A stretch of DNA of 64,000 bases. Source: Nageia nagi. Lineage: Eukaryota > Plantae > Pinophyta. The notes beneath the pieces were generated by a model, which made no database searches, was not told the origin of the DNA, and worked only from the letters and a program-made list of their open reading frames with translations. The stretch's first letter is position 1; every line of letters starts with the position of its first letter. Both the position numbers and the translations under genes were made by a program. Shown here piece by piece: positions 39,012 through 53,500 of the stretch. Location of the stretch: positions 126,356,001 to 126,420,000 of the forward strand of contig JBITNC010000001.1 of NCBI GenBank assembly GCA_050084985.1. The letters are read 5' to 3'.

Positions 39012-40787
39012 GTAATTTGTGTTGGGAATAGTATGAGGGAGAGTATTTCCTATTTTGCATCTTTTTAGCTCTCCAATTTTTGGATGGGTAGTTAGCTTTC
39101 TTATTGTACTCAAGAGGTTAGTGTCTATAGTAAAGGGGTGTATTGTGTTGTGTCATTTTTGTCACATTATTTTCAAATAAATTTTTTTATCAGGAAGGGG
39201 GAGCAAAGTATTTCAAGTTTGTCAATGTAGTTTATTATGGTCATTGATGACACTATTCAAATAATGCTACATATTTTGTTTTCAAATCTATCATCTAGGT
39301 TGATGGAGATATTCTTTATTTAAGTATACCAATGTTGGCTATTATTTTCATAAATGGTTTTGCAATTCTTGTTGGGCTTGTTGTTTTGTCAATGTTGTTA
39401 CAATAGCTGATGGCTTAGACCTGTAGCACATAGATTGTAGTCATTACAGTTATCATGGGCATATTATCTCTATAATATGTTGGATTTGGATTTGTTTAAG
39501 TACTCCTAAGTGAGACTGCATTGACTTGTAAGATTCCATTTCTTGTAGTATCACAATGTTGATCTTGTTGTTACTATTCTCATATTGTTATTTATTTCAA
39601 AAACACATTCTCCTCGCTTTGATTGGAAAATCTATATCCATTTATTGGCTAACAATGTTGAAGTATAGACTCCTAAAAGTTTACATTTTCATAATGTCAT
39701 TGTTGTTAGTGGTTTGGTCAAACTAATCTTCATTACCACAAAACTATTAGGACTAATATTATTTAGTATTCAATATACTAGTAATGAAAGTGAGACCATG
39801 TAAGTTTATTGAAGTTTATATTTTATGTTGAAGGTTGGTATTTACAAATACTATTATTGGTTGCTTTAACGATCAATTGTTCAATCATGGAGTCTCTATT
39901 GGCTAAAGGTGTATTTCCTATCTTGCTAAAAGAGAAGCCAAGTTGGTGTTTTTACCTACCTTAGAGCAAGTGGATGACATATTCACCAAGCCATTATCAA
40001 AGTTCACTTTTGAGTACCTAAGGAACAAGATAAGAGTGGTCACTCTTTCAAATAACTAAGTAATTTGTGTTGGGAATAGTATGAGGAGAGTATTTCCTAT
40101 TTTGCATCTTTTTAGCTCTCCAATTTTTGGATGGGTAGTTAGCTTTCTTATTGCTAAAAGAGAAGCCAAGTTGGTGTTTTTACCTACCTTAGATTGTAGT
40201 CATTATAGTTATCATGGGCATATTATCTCTATAATATGTTGGATTTGGATTTGTTTAAGTACTCCTAAGTGAGACTGCATTGACTTGTAAGATTCCATTT
40301 CTTGTAGTATCACAATGTTGATCTTGTTGTTACTATTCTCATATTGTTATTTATTTCAAAAACACATTCTCCTCGCTTTGATTGGAAAATCTATATCCAT
40401 TTATTGGCTAACAGTGTTGAATTATAGACTCCTAAAAGTTCACATTTTCATAATGTCTTTGTTGTTAGTGGTTTGGTCAATACTAATCTTCATTACCACA
40501 AAACTATTAGGCTAACAGTGTTGAATTATAGACTCCTAAAGTTACATTTTCATAATGTCTTGTTGTTAGTGGTTTGTCAAACTAATCTTCATTACCACAA
40601 AACTATTAGGACTAATATTATTTTAGTATTCAATATACTAAGTAATGAAGTTGAGACATGTAAGTTATTGATGAGTTTATATTTTATGTTGAAAGGTTGG
40701 TATTTTACAATTACTATTATTGGTTTCTTTAACGGTCAATTGTCATCATGGAGTCTCATATTGCTTAAAGGTGTATTTCCTATCTTC
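38875..40787. repeat. complex near-identical local duplications
   Basis: 38875-39106 = 39923-40153. Its first ~42 bp recur at 40151-40192. 39431-39924 = 40190-40787, with an internal ~100-bp repeat. Confidence 0.9.
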
Positions 40788-42177
40788 TGATGATTATCTT
40801 TGACATTGTTGCCAAAAAGGGGACGAGTGATCATGTTTGGCATGATAAGTTGTTGTGTGTTGCTTGAAGTTTGAAAATAATGCCAAAGGGTGATGTTGGC
40901 ATATGCTTATGTAGTCATGAATATCATTGTTTGCAAAGGTTTTTGAAGGTATGCATATGGAGGACATAATGCCAAATATTAAAGACAAGTCTCATACAAA
41001 GCTCTCAAGTTTGAAACATCTTATGTGGACAATCACTGCTTATGTGTCAACAATACTTATGTAGATAACAAATGCTTATCCAATCAAAATAACCTTATGT
41101 GATGAGAAACATGCTTATGTAGAGGCTAAATGGCGTTATGCGAGTGCAAACCTTTTACAGAGGCTTAAATGGTTAATACGAAGATTATGGCCTTATATAA
41201 CAATTTTTACAATCAAAAATAACTTATGTAGAGTAGCAGTTTGTATGTGTCAATCAAGGCTTATGCAATCAAAAATAAGCTTGTACAAAGGAGCAAGATC
41301 TTTTATTGGTCAACTCAAGGCTTATGCAGTTCAAACCATGGTTGTGTGGTCAAACAATGTTATGTGTTAGATACAATATTATGAAGATAGATGAAAGCCT
41401 ATGTGGTAGTCCTTACGTAGCATTCTAAGCTCTTATGTGGTAAGAAAATCTTGTATCGAGATCAAATCTTATGTGGAAGAAATAAGGGTAGTGGACTTAC
41501 AATCCTTATGTGATGAAGTAGGCCATATGTAGTAAGGCAAAGGATCATGTAAAGATGTATGTAGTAGAAACACTTATCAAGATGTTTGTAGTGATGAAAG
41601 GTCTTATGCAAAAATCAAAGGCCTTATGTAGAAACTTAAAGTGTTATGTAGAGTTCCAACATTTGGAACTAAAAAGTGTTATACAAAGAAGAATTTTCTT
41701 ATGTAGATGAGAAAAACCTTATGTAGTGATGAAGGATCTTATACAAAATCTAGCAAGGTTATACGAAGAATAATATTCTTGTGTGCATAGTACAAAGTTA
41801 TGAGATATGATGTCAGTGGTTGCACATGAGACATGATCTATTATTTTGAGCAAATTTGAAGTCTGTACCATGCATTTAATTGATTATGATGACCAATCTT
41901 AACATGATAGTGCCAATACTAAAATTGGAAGCCTTATTGCTTGTAACATTCATACTTAATGCAAACAAGAGTGGAGTAATAGTCATGGAGTGGGTTCTTC
42001 ATGTCAAGGAGCTATGGAACTATAGACAATAGTTAATACAATCCTTATATGAGCCTAGTACATGGAGCAAAGCATGATTGTAACTACTAGTAATGGATAT
42101 CTTGGGTGTGCATGCGTATTGAATTTGTTGGTGATAATATCCATGATGATCAATACTTATTTTAATGTTTAAAGTGC

Positions 42178-45100
42178 TATTGGAAATTGTAATGTAATAT
42201 TTATTATGTAATATTTCTCTTTAATGTAAATTCACTTAATACTTAAAGTATATTTAGATACCTTAAAGCATTAAAGGAATAAAAATAGAAAGAGAAATAA
42301 ATATAAAAACACCTTTAACCTTACCCTTGGGTAAAAGGAAGGTGAAAGGGTGGGTTAGGTCTTATAAATAGAGAGGTACTCCTTTGATTATGTAAATTTG
42401 ATCAAACTTGATCAAGCATGGTAATGATTATCTTGAGAATTTGTAGGAGAGTTATCTTCTGAGAAAGTAATAAAATGATGGTTCAAAGTGATTGTGCTCC
42501 CAAGAGATGGAGGCACCATAATACATCATGTGTTATGTTTTGTGTGATTATTTTTTGCCTTTACTAGATAGATGAATGGCACATTCTTGTTGAAAAAACT
42601 CCAAGGAGATCTTCGTTATATGGAATCCTTCAATTTCATTAAGTAATAATGTTGCAAATATAGTATTTGATAAGTATCAAAACCTTTTCTTAAAGTTTTT
42701 GGATAAAATTTTAAGGTAAAATACTATGATAATTTGCAAATCATATGCCTTGTTTTCTATTAATTGATCTTTTAATGTTGGACATACAAAATCAATTTAA
42801 TTGATAACATTAATTGATAATATCCAATTTATTGATAATTAAATTTGCATATTGTTAAAATAGAAACTTGTGGATCTGCATTATGAAAATTTGTCTAATT
42901 TTTATGCACTATCCTTTTGTTTCAAATTAAGATTAATTTATATTATATAAAGATTTATTATGTGCATTGAACTATGAATTGGAATTTGTTATATCAATGG
43001 TTAATATGGAAATTTTTAAACTTCTAAAATAATAATTTTATGCACATCATTTGAAGTAAAAGTTTGTGTAAGCTTTCTTCAAAAATTACTATCCTTATTA
43101 ATTATGCACATTATTTTTATCCTAGTTGGATGGAATTTTTTTTTGTGTACACACATTCTTGTTGGAGTAGAGTTTGTAAATTTTCTTAACATTGGAATTG
43201 TTGTGCATTAATCCTTAAATTTTTTTTCTTGTGCACTTTGATTAATATACTTGTTGGAGTGAAAAGTTTTTAAACTTTTTTCACAAGTCTTATTGAGGAT
43301 ATTGATAATGCAATATTAACCTTACTTTGGAAAATAAGTGTACAAGTACCTTGAAAAATGTACATTCCTCACTACATATGTAGTTTTTTGTAATATGCTT
43401 CAATGTTTTATGAAGTTAGCCTTAGGGGGAGTAAAATATAAGTATACTTCAATATTTTTAGAAGAATATCCATGTTGATGGATTACACCACATTGCTACC
43501 AAAAATATAAAATCCAAGCATCTTTTTATCAAGAAGTAAATTTTTTGATGGTACTTTGTATTTATTGTCCATCAAAATAAGATTTCACTGATAAATTTAT
43601 CCTCAAGAAGGAGTGAAGTAATGCTTACTTCATCCTTAGAAGGATTGTGACTATAAGTATTGACTTGACATCTTTGTGATGACTTATACGGCATTATTTG
43701 CCACATTTTACTTTCATGTTGAGAAGTTAGATCTATGATGATAGATTGTTTACCACATTACTTCTTGCAGTGTATGGAGTGGGTAAAAAGATTTTTTCTT
43801 CTCCGTAACTATGTTCTTGGAGTGGTTAAAAAGGTTTGACCTTCTTTATGAATATTGAATGGGCTGGTTAAAAAGGTTTATTTTTCTCCATATTATAATC
43901 TTTGATAAAAAATTGCATCCTTGTTGGATGAATGCTACTTTTTTTTATCATATACATCTTATCTAGTAGCATGGTTAAGATGGCATCTTCACTCACTCTT
44001 GGTAAAGTGAAGTTTATTTATTATGACATCTTGACACACTCTTGGTAAAGTTAAATTTATTTATTGTGCAATCTTGACTCACTCTTGGTAAAATCAAGTT
44101 TATTTATTATGGTATCTTGGCTCACTCTTGATAATGTCAAATTTTATTTATTGTGGAATCTTAGGTCACTCTTGGTAAAGTCAAGTTTATTTAGTATGTA
44201 GATTATAAATCTTGACTTTGTGTTTGGTCAAGTTTTCATGTATGGCTTAAAAATCTCAAGTTATGGTTTAGTTCTTTTTTTTATCATTTGTGACATGGTT
44301 AAGTTAATATGGTCACATAAGTATTTTTTTGGTGAAGTTACCATCAAGGGGGAGAATTAAATTATGAAATATTATGTTATGATGGCACCTTGATATACTC
44401 TTAACAAATATAGTATAATGATCTAAAATAAACAAACACAAAAATTAAAAATCAATTTTTTTAATGAAGATTGATGATGTTTTTTATATCATTGGTTAAG
44501 AATGAATTAATATCACTTGGTTGATTGTGCATATATGATGAATTGGTATATTTAATCAATTTATAGATGACATCTATCTTATATGTATATATATGATGTA
44601 TCTAGTTGATCTTATTTTTTGAGTTACTTATAGCTTGTAGGTTCTTCTTAAAATTGTAAATTACTTTGAGTATGCAGGCTCATGGAGGCTCTTCATGTCA
44701 ACATGTTGAATGACACTCTTGTATAAAAAATCCATTCTTTTTGTTAATGATTGTATTGTAAAATCATTTGTTAAAATGGTTAAGTAGTTGAGCCATTGTA
44801 GAACCATATATATTCTATTACTTTCTCAAAGATGTAAAAAGTTCTCATCTCCACTTCTATCTCTTAGAGGAGAAATCTCTTTTACTTTCTCTTTTTTTTT
44901 GTCTTTTAAACTCTCTACCCAATTTTACATTAAATCTCTTTAATGTAAATTCACTTAAAGTTTAAAGTATCTTTAAGGGAATAAAAATATAAAGAGGAAT
45001 AAATATAGAAACACATTTAACCATACCTTTGGGAAAAAGAAAGGTTAAAGGGTGGTTTAGTTCTTATTAATATAGAGGTACTCCTCTCATTATGTAAATT

Positions 45101-45343
45101 TGATCAAACTTGATCAAGCATGGTAATGGTTGTTTTGAAAATTTGTAGAAGAGTTATCTTTTGAGAAAGTAATAGAATGATGGTTCAAAGTGAATTTACT
45201 TCCAAGAGATGGAGGAACCACTATACATCATGTGTTATCATTTGTATTATTATGTTTTACCCTTGCTAGATAGATGAATGGCACATTCTTGTTGAAAAAA
45301 TTCCAAGGAGATATTGGTTATATGGAATCCTTCAATTCCATCA
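42178..45343 (+). mobile_element. nested non-coding LTR element (LARD-like) inside the 3' LTR
   Basis: Direct repeats ~42216-42641 and ~44936-45343 ending ccatca. TSD agtgc/agtac. PPT aagggggag ~44346-44354. No coding remnant recognised. Confidence 0.8.
43982..44198. repeat. 43-bp tandem repeat x5 (catcttgactcactcttggtaaagtcaagtttatttattgtg)
   Basis: Direct periodicity upstream of the PPT. Confidence 0.92.
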
Positions 45344-48300
45344 AGTACAATCATGGCTATTGTAACATGGTTGAGGATATGATTAATTTTTGAATATATT
45401 ATGAGTTTTTAAAGGCAAGGGAGTTATTTTAGTGTGTTTTATAGTGCTAGACTATAGATGAAGATATCAAAATAGAGTTGATGACTACTAGGAGTTGTAA
45501 AGGTTGAGGTTTTTCTTGAATATGTTGTAATTGAGATAAATAATATCGAATTGGAATGAAGGAAAAATAATTACTATGGAAAACCTTTGTATGTCATCAA
45601 TAGATAACCAAAGCGTGTGTTTTATTGAGATAGACTGTTGAGGGTCTTTGTAACAAAGTTGGGAAGTTAGCCAAAACCTTCACATGAAGATTTTTCAAGT
45701 TGTTGCTTGGTCAAAGGGGTTGGTGTTCCTTATAGTGGGTGTTGCAAAATATGGAATTTATGCTCCATCCTATGGGTTTTGGTAAACTTTTGTAAAGTGA
45801 GTGTTTTACTACTGAATTGGATGTGGACCATAATCTAAGAAGCCTATTCCTAGGGATGTAGTTAAGATGGTGAACCGCATTAAATGCTTTGTTATTTGTT
45901 GTTCTTGTATATTTAAGTGTATTTTTATTTTGTACTTATTTATGAGCCTCAAGTTTTAAATACATAATGATTCATGCCCCCTCTCAATGTCATTTTTAGT
46001 CCAACTTAAATCACAATTAAGACCCTTCTTTGTTTCTCAATGCATAACTTCATTCCATATATATATATTGATAATATTACTCTCAAGGAACCATAGTATA
46101 GATCCCATGATTTGCTTTCATTAAGTGTTTCATTAAACATTTTTGATAGTTAGTCGAATAAAATAACATAAACAACCTAAAAAAAGTTCTTATTATACCA
46201 TTCATTAATGATTCTCAAAGATATTTTTCATATTCCATGCCTATGTATAGCATAGGTTCTTAGGAACATTGCTATATCATGGTACATATTTGATTAGTTA
46301 ATGCTAATCAAACTTGACATGGATTTATTCATATTAAAACCTCATATAGGTCTAATAATCAACACAATTTCACAAATATTTTAATAATACTCCACACCTT
46401 AAAAAATACATTCCACATTCCATTCTTTATAGAATAAATGAAAAGTGTTGATCATAGCATATGTTTTTGTACCATAGTGTATCCTACCAATCCTTTGGTC
46501 CACACTCATATTTCCAACATTTCCTTAATAGAACCAAATTCTATGATTCCTATATTCACATAACATCTTGGTATTCAAGCTTCTTATGATAAAATAGGTT
46601 GGCTAGACCTAATTTACATATTGGCTCTTTATTAGCAAGTTGATAAATAAGGAAAAGGAAAATTTCACACTATCATAATGTTATTAAAACTACTCAATAG
46701 ATCAAGTTATTTGTCAAACATTGGTTTCCCATCTATACTTTCCAAGTTTAGGTATTATAACCTACTAGGTTGAACTTTATAATCATGAAAGAAAAGCAAT
46801 ACCTAAATAATTCTTGTCACATCTCTGCATTGGAAACATCCAAATATTTCCAATTCAATAATAATCATGATAATATTTTTGCTTCTCTAAAAAATTCCAT
46901 GATTGTTTTCATACTTAGTGTTCATAAAATAAATAAGTCTAAGATTTGATCTTAAGTATTTAAAAAAATAATTGATAACAATAAAGTATATTAAGCACTA
47001 TCTTAAAATTAGATTTCTATTTCTAATTTTCTAGTGCAAATCAACCATCTAAAACTTGATAAATTTTCTAGTACTTACTATCAATTTTTTATAAGTTACT
47101 CAACATATCCAAAAATATACCTCATCCATTGTTCTTTTTTTGTTGCCAAATCCTTGAGCATATTACTTTCTTTTTCAAATGTGAAACACCAAGAGTCCTA
47201 TATCATGATGCATCTATAAAATTTTAGCAATATCATATATATACATTAGATATATATCTCATATATTTAATCCTAGCATAGGTATAAAATATATATATCC
47301 ATTAGCTACCCAAAAATGGATAATTTATCTTTTATCAATAACATATTAATCTTAATAATTTCTAGGAGCTAATCCTTACCAATTATTGATATTCAAAAAA
47401 AGGGGTATAAAGTACTACCACTTTATCCACATAGCACTCATACATGTTTACCACATTTTTCTAAGAACTAAACCTGTCACACTCTCATAGCAAGTAGTTA
47501 GTCCATAGACCCACTTGTGTTTGATCATTCCGTTGATACCATATGTAAGATATTGGTATCTCACTCTAAAACCAACAATTTTTTTTTTTTAAATTATAAA
47601 TTATAGATGAGTTCCATCCTAAAAACTAGATACGAATAAACTTTCACCTATATGGAACATTCATATTATGATTGATCAAACTATCATTATGAAGTACTTG
47701 TTTAACATTATAGAATACTTTATTTATTACAACATTCATAATCACATATTTCATAATTCATAAATTTAGTAAAAATATCTAAGTATTATTTCAAAACTAA
47801 AAGTTGAATCAACTTAACTCTATCCTCCATAATTGAACACATCATGAACATATTGATATAGTGATGTGAATTCAGCTACAAGAGACCAACAAAATGGGCT
47901 CCAATCACATAAATATGTTAACATAGAAGAAAACTTGCAAATGATCTTCTTCTCATTCTCAAATTCTACCCAAACTTGGTGTATAAGCCTAGTTAACATG
48001 GACTAAGACACAACCCAATTTATTCTCCTAAATAAATTTTACAACAAAATATATTAAAGTCTACTTATTGGAAAATCCTAAAAATAGACACTAAAAGCTA
48101 ATTTTGGAGCACTAAATGATGGATTTAGGTCAATCAAATATATTGAGCTCTCCTCAAAATTTCAAGATGATCTAATGGTCATATCAAAAGTTATGATCAT
48201 TTTAAGGTGCATCATATAGCCAAGTGTATATCAACATTGATGCATAATTACTATCTTTAAATCTCTTTTAACATATAAATCAACTAAACAATTTAAACAA

Positions 48301-49099
48301 AGCATCTATAAATTTAACATATCTCAACAACACATACAAGAATCATGAATAATAGATAACACCAAAGCATTCCACATGACACATGATTTGAGCTAATGCT
48401 CAGGAAAAACCCTTGGTGTTACCACAACAAGTAAACTCTTGGTAGCTATGCTACCTAATAATATTTTCATTAAATTAATAATAGCATATTACATCTTTTC
48501 CTTACATAAATCTCATTTGATACTTCACTTCATACCCTAGAATATTTGACATATTTATATCATTCTAGTACATCTTAACTAATATTTGGTTTTATACAAT
48601 TTTGAACTCAACTATTCACAAATTCCTATGTATCCAAATGCATACAATAGTACATCACTAATTTATTTTATACAAAATCATGAACTCATTTCCTTGTACA
48701 TCACACAACACCATGAATTTATCCTTTAAGTAGAATTAAGATAGCACTTACTTTTTCATAATTTAACATAACCATAATGTTTTTACCAAGATGCTAAATA
48801 TCTTATATAATATGATAGTAAGGAAAATTCTTAGCTAACCAAGATAATGCCATTATTATTAGTTATCCCTTACTATAAATAGCATCTCTAATAATCCTAC
48901 ACTACCATGTCAATTTGTTAATTCACGCTAGCACATAAAACAATACTAATCAAGGAAAGGACATAATTAATCAATCAATCTTTCCTACTCTCTATGAAGA
49001 TCTAATCAACTATTTCAATATGAAAAGGTTTATTAACATTTACCTTTAAAACAATGCTATCCATATAATAAAATTGTACCAACAACACGCATCTTGTTG

Positions 49100-50518
49100 T
49101 CAAGGCAACCACCAACTGAAGGAGATTCAAAGCACTTCTTAACTCTGGGCAATACAACCATTCACCTGAACTTGGTTTTATGAGCAACTTGGTAATGTAA
49201 TTTAATGCCTCCTTAAAATAGCATGCACACAGCGATGCATGTATATTGATTCATCTTAGGAATAATGTAATCAACTCATTTAGGTTGTTGAGGTATTTTG
49301 AATGAAACTTATTTCTAAAATTATAACTTACTCTTCAATTAAGACTTGTTTTTTCCCGTAAAATACAGCCATAATTTAAAAATAACTAATTTATTAAATT
49401 TTTTAATAACTTGCTTTTCAATTTTATATATATATATATTCTGCTAATTAATATAGTACATATATAAATTTTGACGGGTAAAAATTGCATTTATACTGCA
49501 TAGATGAAGGTTATTTTTAAATTATGGCTGTATTTTAGGGAAAAAAACGCCAAAAACTTCTAAACGGGTGTCAAATTTAAACCCTCCACGCTTTAGTCAT
49601 GCATGCATAAATATTCATTTTAGGAATCATGCAATAAAAGTCGCTCTTGCTATTAAAGTATTTACGACCCTCATCTAGTTGGCCTGTATAGCTATCTGCA
49701 AGTTTGAACGCATACAAAAGATATGTTGTTACGATTATTTCCCAGCGCTTCATCAGCTCAAGAGTTTAAGGGCGTCCTTTCAACCCACAGACCATAGCTT
49801 AACCAACATCAAAATCAAAGAGTCAAGCCAAAAAGAGACTTTACTAAAACGCAGCTGACTCAAACACAAGTATTTCATCCTTATGCAATTAGGCCCGAGG
49901 GAGAGATAACGAGAGAGGACACAATCTCCATGCTACCATCAAAGTTCTACTGCTTTAGTCACAGAACAAGTTCATGTTCTCCAAGGTGTCGCATTGAGTT
50001 ATGGTGAACAATCAGACAGACGTTGAACAACTAGGCATCAAAATCAGAGTCAAACCCTTCAGAATGCCATTTCTATGTGTATCCTACGAGTATTGCAATC
50101 CCAGATAATACGTCAGCATCGTACATCCTATCAGACAATTCGCATATCTTCTCTATGGCTCTACGTTTTGCGTACATCGTTATCAGGGTACTCACAGCCA
50201 CAACGTTGAAAGCAAAACTAATTTCTATTTTATTTTTTAATTTTTAACAACCATTTGTTGGAGTTCATACCTTCTTCTAAAACTCACATGGACGTATGCT
50301 GCGGATGCTAGAAAGGTTACCCCACCTTGGTTTTTAACCTTGACCCTTGTATTTACGTTAAAGACTCGGTCCATGCCAGCATACCCCTCACGCACATACT
50401 GGAGAGAGTTGCAGGAAAAAAATACAGAGTTTATTTATTTATTTACATCACCCACTCCCTATTTCCATCCGCATTCCTGTCATCCAAGCTCTACCCCTCT
50501 TATGCGCTTTATCGCATG
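49100..50518 (-). pseudogene. PLS-class PPR pseudogene, copy B
   Basis: NVVAVSTLITMYAKRRAIEKICELSDRMYDADVLS (50079-50207), KDALKL..ISFVCV..GQLDEGRKYFNS (49630-49780), ITKLLIKPSSGEW. Confidence 0.82.
49348..49548. repeat. near-perfect 39-bp inverted repeat, ~123-bp spacer
   Basis: gttttttcccgtaaaatacagccataatttaaaaataac (49348-49386) vs gttatttttaaattatggctgtattttagggaaaaaaac (49510-49548). Confidence 0.9.
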
Positions 50519-50542
50519 CCAAAAAAACAAAAAAAAAAAAAG

Positions 50543-53500
50543 TAAAGGCAAAGGTAGAGGACAACCGAAAAAAAAAATTGAGATTGCAATAAAATAGAGT
50601 TATTTTATTATTTCATAAATTCATTACATATGAAGCTTTAGCTTTTACATGCTGCTCACTTCTTTCATACACATTATTTTCTAAATACTAATTTGTTTTA
50701 TTTATAAAATATGCTAGAACACACTCATGATATTTTTAGACATTTCTACCTATTTAATGCTTTCAATTAACTATGTAAATAAAACATAACAATAAAAATA
50801 CGCCTAAAACATTAAATAACAAAAATAAAACATTAAACATAATATTTATGTTCCCAGAAAATAATACTATGGTAGTTGTGATTAATTTTCCAGCACTCCT
50901 TAATCCCAATTGCTACTGTTGCCATCTATGATGCTTAAGTTGACTCTTTAGTGTTCAAAACTCCTCTTTCCCAATGGCTTGGTAAAAATATGTGCATATT
51001 GCTTTTCAAATCTATAATGCTCTAAAATAATTTCTGCAACATTTATCATTTCTTTGATGAAATGATATCTAGTATCAATATGGTTGATTCTTTTGTGAAA
51101 GATAACATTTTTGGATAATGCTATAGCTGACTTGTTATCACATAAAATATTTTTTGATTCTCCTTGCTTGCATCGAAATTCTTTCAACATTCTCATCCAT
51201 ATTGCTTGACATGCTACCCCTGTAGCTGCCACATATTCTACTTCAATAGAAGAAAGAGAGATAATTGACTATTTCTTCAAAGCCCACGAGACAACATCCT
51301 ATCCAAGATGAAATACATAGCCAAAGGTACTCTTCCTATCATCTACACTACCTACCTAATTATTGTATGTGTATCCAATCAACTTCAAATCATTATTTTT
51401 GGTGTACAAAATACCATACTCCTTGGTTCCATTAACATATCTTATTATTCTTTTTGCTGCTTGCAAGTATGCTACTAGTATGTTACATTTGGAGTTTCCA
51501 TGAACCTTGAAATTAAAACTAACTACATACATAATGTTTGATCTTATGATTGTCAAATACATTAAGCAACTCACCATACTCTTGTACAAGGATGAATTTA
51601 CATTTTTTCTCCAATCTTCCTTTTTAAGTTGCAAGCCCATGGATATTGGATTTGGAGTTGGTTTACTATTTTCCATTTTGAATCTATCATTTTCTTCTTC
51701 TTGTTGTTGATAAAATTCTCTCAAACTTCTTGTTTTTTATCTCCTCATGCTTCCCAATGTTGGGTTTGAAGTGTCACTTGAAGTTGGGCTTGTAGATGGA
51801 CCTAGTAATGGTGTATGATGCACAGTTGGAGGAGTAGTTATTGAATTCTAGAATTTGGTCTTGTTCTTTCTAATGGTATCACTTGAGAACCACTTTGTTG
51901 TGCTTGAATGGGTGTGGGAGGGGTCACAACTATAGGAATATTTGTTGTTGTTGATTCTTCTTCATCTTCTTGTGGTAAACTTGATATTACATTTATTATT
52001 CTCTCTAAACTTCCATATCATGCTTCTTCTTCTATGAACTGCATATCCTTGTTGATTATCACCTTCTTGGTTATTGGATTATACAATTTGTATGCCTTGG
52101 AATTGTCATTATATCCTACAAATATACATTTTTCTCCTTTGTTGTCTAATTTCTTCTTGAACTCATACAAAACATGTGCATAAGCTACACAACCAAATAC
52201 TCTCATGTGAGAAACATTATGCTTTCTTCCACTCCTTGCTTCTTCTAGAACCATATCATTTACACTCTAAATTGCAAATGCCACAACTTTAGCCCAATAT
52301 TCATTTGCTATATGCTTTACTTTTAACTTGCTTCTGGCCATTTCCATGATTGTTCTATTTTTCCTTTTAACTACACCATTTTATTGAGGGATGAACCTTT
52401 TGGTAAACTATTCATGGATTCCATTTAGCTTGCACAAATTTAGAAATTGATTTGAAATGTACTCACCAACTCTATTTGTTCTCAATACTTTGTTGTAGTA
52501 CCTACTTTGCTTCCCAACCAAAGATTTAAATTTCAAAAAATATTGAAATGCTTCATATTTAGTTTTTAGAAAATAGACCCATGATTTTCTTGTATAATCA
52601 TTTATGAAAGTTAAGAAATAATACTTCCACAAATAGAGGTTAGTATTTTTTTTCACAAATCTGAATGAATGATCTCTAATGGTGTTTTTGCTCTTATTAA
52701 CTTTCTTGTTGAAAATTCTCTCTATGTTGCTTTCCCAAGATGCATCCTTCACTTGTCTTTTTTGATTTTTCTATAGGTGGAAAACCCTTTTACCATTCCT
52801 TTCCTTTATACTAGAGTCAAACCTTAAAAGTTGAGATACCCAAATCTTAAGTTCCATAACTAGCTTTCATCTTATATTTCAGCTTGAAAAATTATTTGTG
52901 TGATAGATGCAACCTTTCCTTCCACTTGTGGATTCATTGTGGTATGTCCATGAAAAAATACATCCTTCAAATTTGGTGTCATGCATAAAGGAAACATTTT
53001 ATTTTTTTTTATCATTCACACCTTTGTAATCAGGTGATTACTTGGATATCTCTCTAGAATTATGCATTTCATATTTTTGAAATAAATTCTAAATCCCTTT
53101 TCAAGAAGTTAAGCAACACTCATCAAATTATGCCTTAAACCTTCGACAAAATACATATCTAGAATATGTTTTTTCTCCCCTTTCTTGGATAGAATATCAA
53201 TTCTTCATTTTCCCATAATTGTCTCTTTATTATCATTCCCCAATGTGAATTCTGATTTTACATTGTTATCTTTCCTATCATGTGATTACTACAAATTGAA
53301 TATTACTACCATGACCTTAATTGTGATCTTCTATATGATTTTGATCTTCCCTTATGAAATTTGCATTTTATTTACTAAGATCATATTGCTTCTTCCTATA
53401 CTCATTTGCATAGTGCCCATATTTTTTACAATAATTAGATTGAGCTTGAGACTTATCGTACCTTTATGTTGGTGACTAATTTTGGCTTGAATTTTGATTT

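Larger units (their letters stand above)
32570..46006 (+). mobile_element. Ty1/copia LTR retrotransposon with ~2-kb LTRs (SIRE/Maximus-like by long multi-knuckle gag), degenerate
   Basis: LTR 32570-34585 (TGTTG..CAACA), degenerate Met PBS 34587-34600, PPT 40885-40893, 3' LTR 40894-46006. TSD taagt/taaat. Confidence 0.9.

Noticed and set aside
39250-39920. Antisense extra ORF in the 3' region of the large copia
   Set aside because: Only faint motif resemblance. Too decayed to support without a profile search.
11681-44198. Tandem arrays (23, 91, ~21 and 43 bp) as CRISPR-like loci
   Set aside because: Eukaryotic TE context, no unique spacers between identical repeats, no cas genes.
46010-49000. 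Possible further LTR/pol remnants here and at 61000-64000
   Set aside because: No diagnostic motif or boundary could be read by eye.
49780-50060. Possible intron or TSD-flanked insertion within the PPR relic
   Set aside because: Length and residual motifs fit one further decayed PLS triplet, and GT-AG removal would shift the frame.
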